Positions 1-7,986 of a stretch of 34,058 nt of DNA are shown here, piece after piece. The stretch is from contig DAOVSE010000002.1 in the NCBI GenBank assembly GCA_030633595.1, forward strand, positions 1 through 34,058. The letters are read 5' to 3'. Under the pieces are notes generated by a model. That model made no database searches and had not been told where the DNA came from. It saw nothing but the letters and a program-made list of their open reading frames with translations. Made by a program: the position numbers and the translations under genes. The stretch's first letter is position 1; each line of letters opens with the position of its first letter. Source of the stretch: Candidatus Altiarchaeota archaeon (GTDB taxonomy: Archaea > Altiarchaeota > Altiarchaeia > IMC4 > QMZM01).

Positions 1-12
1 CCCTTATGACAT

Positions 13-1023
13 TCATTCTATAACCCCCGTAGATTTTGCGAGTTCAATGGCCTTTTCTCTGGATAGACCACCTCTAAGAATTGTATATCTATCTCTTACC
101 TTATTTGCCATCATCAGGGCTTTAATTATATATTCATCGTCAATTTTTAACTCCTTTGAATTTGTTGGTGCTCCTGCAGTCTTCAGGGCCTTTTTTACCT
201 TTTCCCAGTCTGCATCATGGAGGTATGCTATCATTATGGAGCCTACACCGCACTGCTCACCGTGTAGGGCAGGTTTTGGACAGATCATATCCAATGCGTG
301 ACTGAATTGGTGTTCTGCCCCCGAGCAGGGTCTACTAGAGCCAGCTATCCCCATTGCAACCCCTGAGCTTATTAGGGCCTCAACGAGAATCTCAACCTGA
401 TTCCTGATCTTCTCGGCGTTGTACATAACTATCTGGGCACTCATCATCGACAAAGAAGCCGCATAATCCCCATAATACTCACCCGTTTCCTCGTGAGCTA
501 TCTTCCAATCCAATACTGCGGTATAATTTGAAATTGCATCCGCACAGCCAGCTGCCGTCAACCTTGGGGGTGCTCTCCTGATTATTTTGGTATCCGCAAT
601 GATCCCCAGAGCAGAATGGACCCTGATGGAGATTGGTTCTTTGCCCTTTAGAGAGACCTGTGGGGATGTTATGCCATCGTGTGAAGCTGCAGTTGGAACG
701 CTGAGAAAGGGAATTCCTGATTTATACGCACATATCTTTGTAAGATCTATAACTGTGCCGCCGCCAACGCCAACGACGTACCTGATGTTTTTCCCTTTTA
801 TTAGTTCAGTGGCTCTTTGTATATTCTGATCTATTGAATTCTCGGAGATATAAATTTCAGAATCTAGATCCGATTTAACCCTGTTGCCAGCGATTTCAGC
901 GGTATTTGAATCCGCGATTACCAGAGGATTTCCAGTAAGGCCCAATTCACGTATGACATCTCTGACACTATCTATTGCATTATCCCCCACGAGTACCTTT
1001 CGGGGGAGTTCGATATCTTTCAT
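13..1023 (-). CDS. egsA: sn-glycerol-1-phosphate dehydrogenase
   Basis: GVGGGTVIDLTK, PTAASHDGITS, SSRPCSGAEHQFSHALD and LHGEQCG motifs typical of archaeal G1PDH. Confidence 0.95.
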   Translation of the reverse strand: MKDIELPRKVLVGDNAIDSVRDVIRELGLTGNPLVIADSNTAEIAGNRVKSDLDSEIYISENSIDQNIQRATELIKGKNIRYVVGVGGGTVIDLTKICAYKSGIPFLSVPTAASHDGITSPQVSLKGKEPISIRVHSALGIIADTKIIRRAPPRLTAAGCADAISNYTAVLDWKIAHEETGEYYGDYAASLSMMSAQIVMYNAEKIRNQVEILVEALISSGVAMGIAGSSRPCSGAEHQFSHALDMICPKPALHGEQCGVGSIMIAYLHDADWEKVKKALKTAGAPTNSKELKIDDEYIIKALMMANKVRDRYTILRGGLSREKAIELAKSTGVIE

Positions 1024-1062
1024 TCTTAGATATTATACAACAGACAAATAAAAGAGAAACAG

Positions 1063-1356
1063 TTATAGAACAATGATTTGGGCATGCTTAACACCAGAAA
1101 CCACCAGAACGTGCTCTTTTTCTACAAATCCAAGATTTATCGCTTCTTCCACTACTTTATTGCCAGATAGATTTGCAATCGTAGCCTTAGATAGCAGATC
1201 AGGTAACTCTTTGATAGAAACGAGGTCACCTTCGTAAAAGCCTTTAGATACCTCGAGATGAACATCACCCTCCGAGAAGCTCTTCCCCAGAATTTCCTTA
1301 TCACAAACTGAAACTAAAATTTCGTTTTGACTCCTGCGAGTATTCACGTACATCAT
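1063..1356 (-). CDS. DUF424 family protein
   Basis: VSVCDKEILGK...FYEG...ATIANLSG pattern; the family commonly lies next to aIF-2beta. Confidence 0.85.
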   Translation of the reverse strand: MMYVNTRRSQNEILVSVCDKEILGKSFSEGDVHLEVSKGFYEGDLVSIKELPDLLSKATIANLSGNKVVEEAINLGFVEKEHVLVVSGVKHAQIIVL

Positions 1357-1363
1357 TTGTTCC

Positions 1364-1780
1364 CTACTTAATCTTCCTCAAAGGCCGCCATCCACCACAT
1401 GCCTCACACTTTATGATCTTTTCACCCGCGAGTTCCGTAAACTTCGTATCGGGACGTCCGCACTCGTGACAGAGAACATATTCTCTTGCATATTCATCTA
1501 CGCGCTTATTGATCATCTCCCTCCTCAGAACCCTGTTTATAATGACCCTCTTACCGTCAGATGTTATAAACGCCGCCAGCTCCTTCGATAAGTATGTCAT
1601 CAGATGCCTCGGTTCCCTCCCAAAGGTGTTGGCGATCTCATTGAAATTTCTTACTATCGTCTGATTGCCCTCAACAAAGGAATCAACCTTAGGTATTTCG
1701 AACCTTGAATGGTTCTTCAGTTTCTCGGGAAGTTTTTCCCATGCCCGGTCCAATAAGGTTTCATATTCGTAGGAAGTCAT
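1364..1780 (-). CDS. eif2b: translation initiation factor aIF-2 beta subunit
   Basis: YETLLDRA, RFEIP, GNQTIVRNF and C-terminal Zn finger CHECGRPDT...CEACG. Confidence 0.95.
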   Translation of the reverse strand: MTSYEYETLLDRAWEKLPEKLKNHSRFEIPKVDSFVEGNQTIVRNFNEIANTFGREPRHLMTYLSKELAAFITSDGKRVIINRVLRREMINKRVDEYAREYVLCHECGRPDTKFTELAGEKIIKCEACGGWRPLRKIK

Positions 1781-1782
1781 TA

Positions 1783-2250
1783 TTACTCTGTTTCGGATTC
1801 TGGTTCCCCCTCAGTCGTAGGTATTTCATACGTGATGAATTTACGGTTAACATCCCTGATTAATGAATCGCAATCCTGCTTTATCTTCTCTAATGTTGCG
1901 ACGATCCTATGTCTTTCCTGCTCAACATCGTCGATCATCTCATAGGGTTCTATGGCTGTTTTAAAGTCGTCCAGCTCAACTACAGTATATTCGGATTCAT
2001 TTATCTTGCTGGTAACCTTCCTGCAGACCTTCTCCAGCCACAGATTCATCCCTGTCTTTACCCTGCGCCTTATCAATTTGTCACTATCCAGTTCATCCCT
2101 CATCAGCCTTACTATGGGAGCCATGGCGAAGGCGAATTCCCTTCCCTCGACTTCTTCCTCAGTTCCTTCTATTTCTTCTGTTTCTTCGGGTTCTTCGGAT
2201 TCTTCAATTTCTTCGGGTTCTTCTAGTTCAGTATCCTTTTTCTTAGCCAT
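1783..2250 (-). CDS. histone-fold protein with C-terminal coiled coil (coiled-coil histone-like) and acidic N-terminal tail
   Basis: FAMAPIVRLMR resembles histone alpha1 (LPIAPIGRII), followed by a long helix and YTVVELDDFKTAI (L2-alpha3), then heptad helix ERHRIVATLEKIKQDCDSLIRDV; Glu-rich N-terminal ~35 aa. Confidence 0.7.
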   Translation of the reverse strand: MAKKKDTELEEPEEIEESEEPEETEEIEGTEEEVEGREFAFAMAPIVRLMRDELDSDKLIRRRVKTGMNLWLEKVCRKVTSKINESEYTVVELDDFKTAIEPYEMIDDVEQERHRIVATLEKIKQDCDSLIRDVNRKFITYEIPTTEGEPESETE

Positions 2251-2372
2251 TTTAATCCTTCTGTCTTTTGTTTTTGAGATTATACCAAGACTGTTAGGTA
2301 TTGGATTCCAGTCTAAAAAGCTGATTTTTCGAATCTTTTAAGCATGAAAAATAATAATTGTTATGCCACAGA

Positions 2373-2445
2373 GCTGGGGTGGCCAAGCTCGGTTAGGCAG
2401 TCGGCTGCAGACCGACCAACGGGAGTTCAAATCTCCCCCCCAGCT
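2373..2445 (+). tRNA. tRNA-Cys (GCA)
   Basis: Acceptor GCTGGGG/CCCCAGC, D-arm GCC..GGC, anticodon stem GTCGG/CCGAC with loop CTGCAGA, T-arm GGGAG-TTCAAAT-CTCCC, discriminator U; CCA not encoded. Confidence 0.96.
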
Positions 2446-2554
2446 AAACAACTAAGTTCAAATCCCCCATTTAAGGGCTAAGAACTAAATAATAAACGCT
2501 GTCGTATTTCCCTCTGGGAGGAATTAGCTGCTGTCTATTTCCCTGGAGGGGAAA

Positions 2555-2713
2555 ATGCCGAAAGACAATCAGAATAGAAAACAACTCGCTGTAACAATCA
2601 AGAACTTGATTGAGAGTGGATGGAAACAAAGCGAGATAGCTGAGAGTATGGGGTACAGGCATAAATCCTCGATTACGCATCTCAAAAGTGATTTCCCAGA
2701 ATTGTTTAGTTGA
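2555..2713 (+). CDS. small helix-turn-helix protein (52 aa, not in ORF track)
   Basis: Manual translation MPKDNQNRKQLAVTIKNLIESGWKQSEIAESMGYRHKSSITHLKSDFPELFS; GGAGG RBS at ~2545; HTH-like QSEIAESMGY..SSIT. Confidence 0.65.
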   Translation: MPKDNQNRKQLAVTIKNLIESGWKQSEIAESMGYRHKSSITHLKSDFPELFS

Positions 2714-2956
2714 AAGTTGAAAACATAGGGAATATATCTAAATAGTAGAGAAAGTTTTTTGATTGATTAATGCCGTAATTTGTTTATTAATACTGGGTTG
2801 GATTTTCAGAGAGTTTATAGGGTGTTCCGGTGCGAAACTAAGGCATAGGATATAGAATACCCAACATATAAACCCCTATGGAGATGGGGTTTTCGGTGTG
2901 GTAACTCTCTCTGTGCGACTTATATACTTTTTATAGATTAAATCCTATATTATAAC

Positions 2957-3104
2957 TACAAAATGCCCCCTAGTATTCCCTATTTAAAGGGGATGCTAGA
3001 TGCTTTTTTCTATTTTTCATTAACTAAAACCATATACCATTTTTATACTATAAATGTAATAATAATACAAAATGAGCCCCAGCATTCCTACGGGGATGCT
3101 GGAC
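2957..3104 (+). ncRNA. two direct repeats (109-bp period) each with a stable hairpin; candidate structured ncRNA upstream of the NYN gene
   Basis: TACAAAATG leader at 2957 and 3066; stems CTAGTATTCCCT/AGGGGATGCTAG (2970-2999) and CCAGCATTCC-TACG-GGGATGCTGG (3079-3102) with a compensatory change. Confidence 0.55.
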
Positions 3105-3123
3105 GTCCTTCTTATCTTATACT

Positions 3124-3696
3124 ATGATGGAAAATACTTCTGTTTTTATTGATGGTGCTTATTTATCCAAGATTGTGGATCACTTCTTTGAAAAGCGACC
3201 ATCGTTTAGAATTGATAAATTAGCCAGTGAGTTGGCTAAACGAGAGAATTTATGGTGTGATAGCATCCACTATTATACCGCCCCCCCGTACCAAAGCCCT
3301 ACTCCGACTCCTGAGGAAATAAAAAAGAAAGGAGGTTACGACAAATTTGTTTATTGTCTAAGACAGATACCACATTTTTATGTGCATGAAGGCAGGTGCC
3401 AGAAATTAGATGATGGGTTTCATCAAAAAGGAGTAGATACTCTACTTACTATGGGTTTAATGAGTGCTACAACAGACGGTGATTATAGGAAAATTATTCT
3501 GCTTGCATGCGATACTGATTTTGTCCCTATCTTGAACAAAATAAGAAGAGACTATAAAATCAAAGTCATATTGTATTATTACTCAGATTTTGTGAGAAAA
3601 TCTAGGTTTTCCATGTCAAACTATCTTCTCACCGCTTGCGATAAAAAAGTCCTCTTAACGAAAGAGTATTTTCATGATGGTATTCTAGTTAAGTGA
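3124..3696 (+). CDS. NYN domain (LabA/DUF88, PIN-like) putative ribonuclease
   Basis: VFIDGAYL, HYYTAPP, QKGVD and LLACDTDFVP motifs retain the core catalytic aspartates. Confidence 0.9.
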   Translation: MMENTSVFIDGAYLSKIVDHFFEKRPSFRIDKLASELAKRENLWCDSIHYYTAPPYQSPTPTPEEIKKKGGYDKFVYCLRQIPHFYVHEGRCQKLDDGFHQKGVDTLLTMGLMSATTDGDYRKIILLACDTDFVPILNKIRRDYKIKVILYYYSDFVRKSRFSMSNYLLTACDKKVLLTKEYFHDGILVK

Positions 3697-3846
3697 TTAT
3701 TTCTCTTTAGCCTCTTCCAGCTCCAGATTCCCCCGCTCATTAAACATGACCTTCAACACTTGGCCTTTACTCCATTTCTTAGCTTCCACGATCTTTTTTG
3801 GCACGGTCAGATAGTATTGTCCTTTGTTGGTTTGCTGCAATTTCAT
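3697..3846 (-). CDS. AbrB/MazE/SpoVT-like DNA-binding protein (49 aa, not in ORF track)
   Basis: Manual translation MKLQQTNKGQYYLTVPKKIVEAKKWSKGQVLKVMFNERGNLELEEAKEK has the swapped-hairpin signature; ATGA overlap with the stop of the upstream gene. Confidence 0.8.
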   Translation of the reverse strand: MKLQQTNKGQYYLTVPKKIVEAKKWSKGQVLKVMFNERGNLELEEAKEK

Positions 3847-4343
3847 TTTATTTTTGTAAGGTTATCCTTTGATTCGAGGCGCATGTCTGGTTTGCTCTGT
3901 ATGAGGTGTGTGATGTGTCTTATTCCAACATCATCAATGAGTTTAAATGCTAAAAGAGCTGCAAGAACCATTATAACAACCCCCCACCCATCTATGAATA
4001 CACCAATGCAACTGAGTACCATAGTCGCAACAACAGGTAGACCCACAGACAGAGAAATTTGAAGAAGGGACATTAGTACATCTCCTTTTCCATCCTTATT
4101 GAAACCCTCAGAGAGAGCATTTTCCGCTTCTGAATTCACATCAGCTATGACAAGAAGCACCTTTCGTGTATAATGCTCACTCTCCTCAAGGAGGTTCATC
4201 AGTATCGTTCTTTCACCTGCAAGTAGCTCAGAAGCAACCTGTACATCCATCTTGGTTAAATGACGTCCTCTGAAATTTTCTGCTCTTTTGTACCAGCGAT
4301 CTCTGTAATCTAAAACTTCTTTGGGGATTTCAGGCGTTTCCAT
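3843..4343 (-). CDS. hypothetical membrane protein with two C-terminal TM helices
   Basis: 166-aa ORF with hydrophobic hairpin ISLSVGLPVVATMVLSCIGVF / WGVVIMVLAALLAF; translationally coupled to the AbrB-like gene. Confidence 0.65.
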   Translation of the reverse strand: METPEIPKEVLDYRDRWYKRAENFRGRHLTKMDVQVASELLAGERTILMNLLEESEHYTRKVLLVIADVNSEAENALSEGFNKDGKGDVLMSLLQISLSVGLPVVATMVLSCIGVFIDGWGVVIMVLAALLAFKLIDDVGIRHITHLIQSKPDMRLESKDNLTKIK

Positions 4344-4422
4344 CTTAATATTCCTATGAATTTATATAGTATTTAAAGGATAAAAACCAATAATTACCTA
4401 TAGGGATTTAGACATTTCAGTT

Positions 4423-4653
4423 AATCTCCCCCCCAGCTAAACTGCCACTGTCAGTTTACACTATGGTGCCATCTTCGCAAGCTCGATGGTACTGTTCTTT
4501 GTTTTTCTTTCGTGCACGTTTCTTTGTTAAAGAAAGGTGCGTTCAGATAACTCCCCCCAGCTAAGCCTTTAGAAAAGGCTTAGGATTCCAAATTGAATTT
4601 GCATAGCAAATTCAAAGGGAAGGTAGAATTGATTGTTCAAATTCCCCCAGCTA
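4423..4653 (+). repeat. three copies of the tRNA-Cys 3' end interleaved with palindromic elements
   Basis: CCCCCAGCTA-containing copies at 4423-4442, 4541-4564 and 4635-4653; hairpins at 4466-4492, 4514-4540, 4561-4583 and 4593-4615. Confidence 0.8.
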
Positions 4654-4687
4654 CATGATTTTATTCCTGAATATGTAATATCCTATT

Positions 4688-6142
4688 ATGACATCCCAGA
4701 TAATGAAGATAGTGATCTTCCTGGGGGTTATTTTCATTCTAGCATTTGCACTATTTTCCCTGATATTTGATTTGTTTGTTTATCCTGAAACAGCAACTAC
4801 AATAACAATTCCAACCAGCACAAGCACAACTACAAGTATTGTAAGTACAACAACTACATCTACTACAACAACGCAGACCACAACTACAACAGCCACAACA
4901 ACTGCCACAAGCACGTCTACAACAATTACAGAGCTGATACTAAAGGGCGTGGAAACTGTTGAGTACTCTGGATATGGATTAAATTTGAACAATATTGTGT
5001 CTACCAGTGGAGGGGATAAGTATTTAATTAGCATAAAAACGCCCGATGGAGCTACTGACGAAGTAGAGTTTTACGATAAGTTCGTTATAGATAATCTTGA
5101 GTTTGGAATATTAGAAAGGTATGGTGGGCTTAGCGTGAAGATCTATGTAAGGGACTATGATATTGCTACTTCTAGGGCGCCAAAACATTCAAAGATAATC
5201 ACATTGGGTGGGAAAAACTTTTTCTTGTTTGAAAGAACATTTATAGACTATAAATTCAAGTTGCACGGTAGGAAATTACACATCCAGAAACCTAATGGAG
5301 ATACAGACTCTTATGACATGCCTGACAACGGGAGTATAGTAGTGGATGATCTTGAGATTGGCGCTCTTCAATACAGTTATCCTAGTGGTTATACAGCGAT
5401 CTATATAAAATCATCATATGATTTCGAATTTTCCAATTACCTGAAAAGTGGGACATACAATAATATTCATAAAACTTTCGGAATATCATCGGAGGGGATA
5501 GACCTACTTGAAAATCCAGCACATTATATGCAGGAGAGAGATGGACCATTTGTATATTCCGTCGATGTCGGTTATATCCCGATGCAGGATATTTATGAAA
5601 ATGAAACGCTTGTCGATCTTGAGTGGAGGGGAAAGATACTGTTTGCTGGAGAGGAATTCTATGTTATGGATATTGAGGATGATACCATATATCTGGTAAA
5701 AGGCACGATAAGAGGGATAAACAATCTAAGATTTTCTAGTTCGTACTCAGGATATGAATTCAAGGCAAAGGGGTTATCATATAACCCTGAAGGTGACATA
5801 TCCAATATGTCCCTACTGATTCAAGATCCCGATGATCAAGAATCTTGCATTGTTTTGTATCCTAATCAGATCTCAATAATAGATGAGTATATCAGAATAC
5901 AGCCAATAACTGCATATAAGGAGAGAGGGGTTATAAGAGCGGATATATTCATATACGATCTATTCCCATTGGCCGTGTTGCAGAACGGTCAATCCATTCC
6001 ACATAAACCACAGTGGATAATTAAATTTGGGACAGTAGAACAACCATTCGGTGAAGATATGAATGTTGAAGAATACGAAAATATCACTAAAGGTCAAAGG
6101 CTCTTGGCAAATATTACCATCATACGACGTGAAAGGGTATAG
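4688..6142 (+). CDS. membrane-anchored surface protein with Thr-rich linker and S-layer-like C-terminal region
   Basis: N-terminal hydrophobic anchor, poly-Thr/Ser stalk; KILFAGEEFYVMDIEDDTIYLVKG resembles euryarchaeal S-layer protein segments. Confidence 0.6.
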   Translation: MTSQIMKIVIFLGVIFILAFALFSLIFDLFVYPETATTITIPTSTSTTTSIVSTTTTSTTTTQTTTTTATTTATSTSTTITELILKGVETVEYSGYGLNLNNIVSTSGGDKYLISIKTPDGATDEVEFYDKFVIDNLEFGILERYGGLSVKIYVRDYDIATSRAPKHSKIITLGGKNFFLFERTFIDYKFKLHGRKLHIQKPNGDTDSYDMPDNGSIVVDDLEIGALQYSYPSGYTAIYIKSSYDFEFSNYLKSGTYNNIHKTFGISSEGIDLLENPAHYMQERDGPFVYSVDVGYIPMQDIYENETLVDLEWRGKILFAGEEFYVMDIEDDTIYLVKGTIRGINNLRFSSSYSGYEFKAKGLSYNPEGDISNMSLLIQDPDDQESCIVLYPNQISIIDEYIRIQPITAYKERGVIRADIFIYDLFPLAVLQNGQSIPHKPQWIIKFGTVEQPFGEDMNVEEYENITKGQRLLANITIIRRERV

Positions 6143-6333
6143 GTCTTCTTTGCATTAGCTTAAATCCAGCAAATCCGAGAACTCTGATCTATTTTACCAC
6201 TTAAATTTAGTGCCCCCAGAGGGGTGCAGCGATTCTACCTGTGGTTTATATACCCGTTTTGCACATAATCTAACAGATTAAAAGTGGACACTACAAAAAA
6301 AACTACGGTTTATGCTTGTTTTTTTTAAGGAAA

Positions 6334-6912
6334 ATGAGGAGATTTAGACTTATTGTTGATGGAAATATAACTGGTGTCAGATATAGAGATTATGTACAAA
6401 AAACAGCATTAAAACACAAGCTTAAAGGATCTGTTGAAAACATGAAGGACAGGACAGTAGAAATACTATGTGAGGGGAGAGATAAGGACATTCACAACTT
6501 TATCAAAAAACTAAAAAATGCTGAGGGAAAGGAGAAGTGGCATATTGAGGGCTACCCTAATGCTGAAGTAGATAAAGTTCAGGTCATAGAGGAGAAGCCA
6601 ACAGATAAATTCACAACATTTGAAATAAAACACGGTAGTATGGAGGAGGAACTAGGTGATCAGATGGGTGCATCATATAATATTTTGCTCGATTACGCTT
6701 CGTCTATAAGAAAAATAGATGAAAAATATGGTGTCATATCTGTAAATATGGATATGTCAGCCAAGGCTATAAACCCACTTAGTAAGACATTAGAAAAACT
6801 TACTGCCACTCTTGAGGAGGATAGGAAAGCTATGAAATCCGATCGGGAGATGATGAAAAAACTAGCCACTAAGATGGAAAAAAGCATAGTGGTTCTTTCT
6901 AGTAGACGGTAA
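6334..6912 (+). CDS. acylphosphatase-domain protein with C-terminal coiled-coil extension
   Basis: LIVDGNITGVRYR...KGSVENMKDRTVEILCEG is the AcyP fold with catalytic R and N; ATG at 6334 preferred over TTG at 6316. Confidence 0.75.
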   Translation: MRRFRLIVDGNITGVRYRDYVQKTALKHKLKGSVENMKDRTVEILCEGRDKDIHNFIKKLKNAEGKEKWHIEGYPNAEVDKVQVIEEKPTDKFTTFEIKHGSMEEELGDQMGASYNILLDYASSIRKIDEKYGVISVNMDMSAKAINPLSKTLEKLTATLEEDRKAMKSDREMMKKLATKMEKSIVVLSSRR

Positions 6913-7001
6913 TATCCTACTTCGTTTCTTCCATCCCCTACCCTTAATATTTAACCCCCCAATCCATATTCTCTTATCAGCCAAATTTGGAAGGTGTCAG
7001 A

Positions 7002-7565
7002 ATGCTTGCGGTAGTAACTGGAATTCCTGGGACCGGGAAGACGACCGTTGCCACGAGGGCGATGGACATTCTTCAAGATGAGGGAATTAAGTATGAGATG
7101 GTGACATATGGTGATGTTATGATCGATATTGCAAAATCAAGGAAGATAGTTGAGAGCAGGGATGACATGCGAAAATTGGATTCAAAAACTCAGAGAGAGA
7201 TTCAGGAGTCAGCAGCCAAGAGGATTTCGGAGATGGAAGGCAATATCCTGGTTGATACCCACTGTACAATAAGTACGCCAAATGGATATCTTCCCGGGCT
7301 TCCGGAATGGGTTCTGAGAAAATTGAAGCCGGATTGTATTATTCTTGTGGAAGCTAAGTCGGAAGAGATTGCAAAGAGGAGAATGGGTGACAAAAGGAGG
7401 AGCAGGGATGAGGAAATGAAAGAAGGCATTGAATTACATCAGATGATGAACAGAAGTTTTGCTGCCGCTTATTCTGTATTAACGGGGGCAACGGTAAGGG
7501 TTATAAATAATCCACAGGGAAAGATTGACAAAGCTACAAGGGAGATGATAGAGGTTTTGAGGTAG
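7002..7565 (+). CDS. adkA: archaeal adenylate kinase
   Basis: VTGIPGTGKTT P-loop, RDDMRKL, VDTHCTISTPNGYLPGLP; ATG at 7002. Confidence 0.95.
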   Translation: MLAVVTGIPGTGKTTVATRAMDILQDEGIKYEMVTYGDVMIDIAKSRKIVESRDDMRKLDSKTQREIQESAAKRISEMEGNILVDTHCTISTPNGYLPGLPEWVLRKLKPDCIILVEAKSEEIAKRRMGDKRRSRDEEMKEGIELHQMMNRSFAAAYSVLTGATVRVINNPQGKIDKATREMIEVLR

Positions 7566-7566
7566 A

Positions 7567-7986
7567 ATGATCGAAATTACTGAAGCGGGATATACGATAG
7601 CGCTAATATCCACGGGGCTTGCAATCATGAGCGCACTGGTAAGGAAAGCCGTATTAGATCAGGAGAAGATGAGGGAGACAAAAGAGAAAATAAAGAAACA
7701 TCAGGAGGAGATGAAGAAAGCGACAAAATCAGGGGATACAAAAAAGCTTCAAAAATCACAAGGAGATATGATGAAGCTTACAATGGAAAATTTAAAGCAT
7801 TCATTTAAACCCATGCTCATTACATTTATCCCATTCATACTGGTTTTCTCGTGGCTGAGAGATCAATACAGTTCAGCGGGTACCGTAGCTTCATTAGCCG
7901 GATTTGATTTGGGATGGTTCTGGTGGTATCTCATATGTGCCATGGCCGTTTCATTAGTTATAAATAAAGTCTTAAAGGTGAGTTAA
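7567..7986 (+). CDS. DUF106 / EMC3-TMCO1 family membrane insertase (Oxa1 superfamily)
   Basis: TM, coiled coil, FKPMLITFIP, then WFWWYLIC; canonical position between adkA and rpl34e. Confidence 0.88.
   Translation: MIEITEAGYTIALISTGLAIMSALVRKAVLDQEKMRETKEKIKKHQEEMKKATKSGDTKKLQKSQGDMMKLTMENLKHSFKPMLITFIPFILVFSWLRDQYSSAGTVASLAGFDLGWFWWYLICAMAVSLVINKVLKVS

Larger units (their letters stand above)
2450..4442. mobile_element. tRNA-Cys-integrated islet, no integrase (putative att-bounded remnant)
   Basis: Exact 20-bp direct repeat AATCTCCCCCCCAGCTAAAC at 2430-2449 (tRNA 3' end) and 4423-4442; interior is AT-rich and carries accessory genes. Confidence 0.7.

Noticed and set aside
2471-2680. 69-aa minus-strand ORF
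   Set aside because: No recognisable motif; the plus-strand HTH ORF 2555-2713 has an RBS and a better signature
2870-2892. Hairpin AAACCCC...GGGGTTT as a third copy of the NYN-upstream repeat
   Set aside because: Lacks the TACAAAATG leader and the GATGCT arm; may be an unrelated terminator-like hairpin
3124-3846. Classical VapBC type II toxin-antitoxin pair (AbrB plus PIN-like)
   Set aside because: The genes are convergent rather than an antitoxin-first operon, and the AbrB protein lacks a neutralising tail
4780-5034. Val-rich antisense ORF (also 29226-29459)
   Set aside because: Mirror of poly-Thr codons on the coding strand
6160-6230. Further degenerate tRNA tail or att site after the surface-protein gene
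   Set aside because: Matches (AAATCCAGC, CCCCCAG) are too short to distinguish from chance
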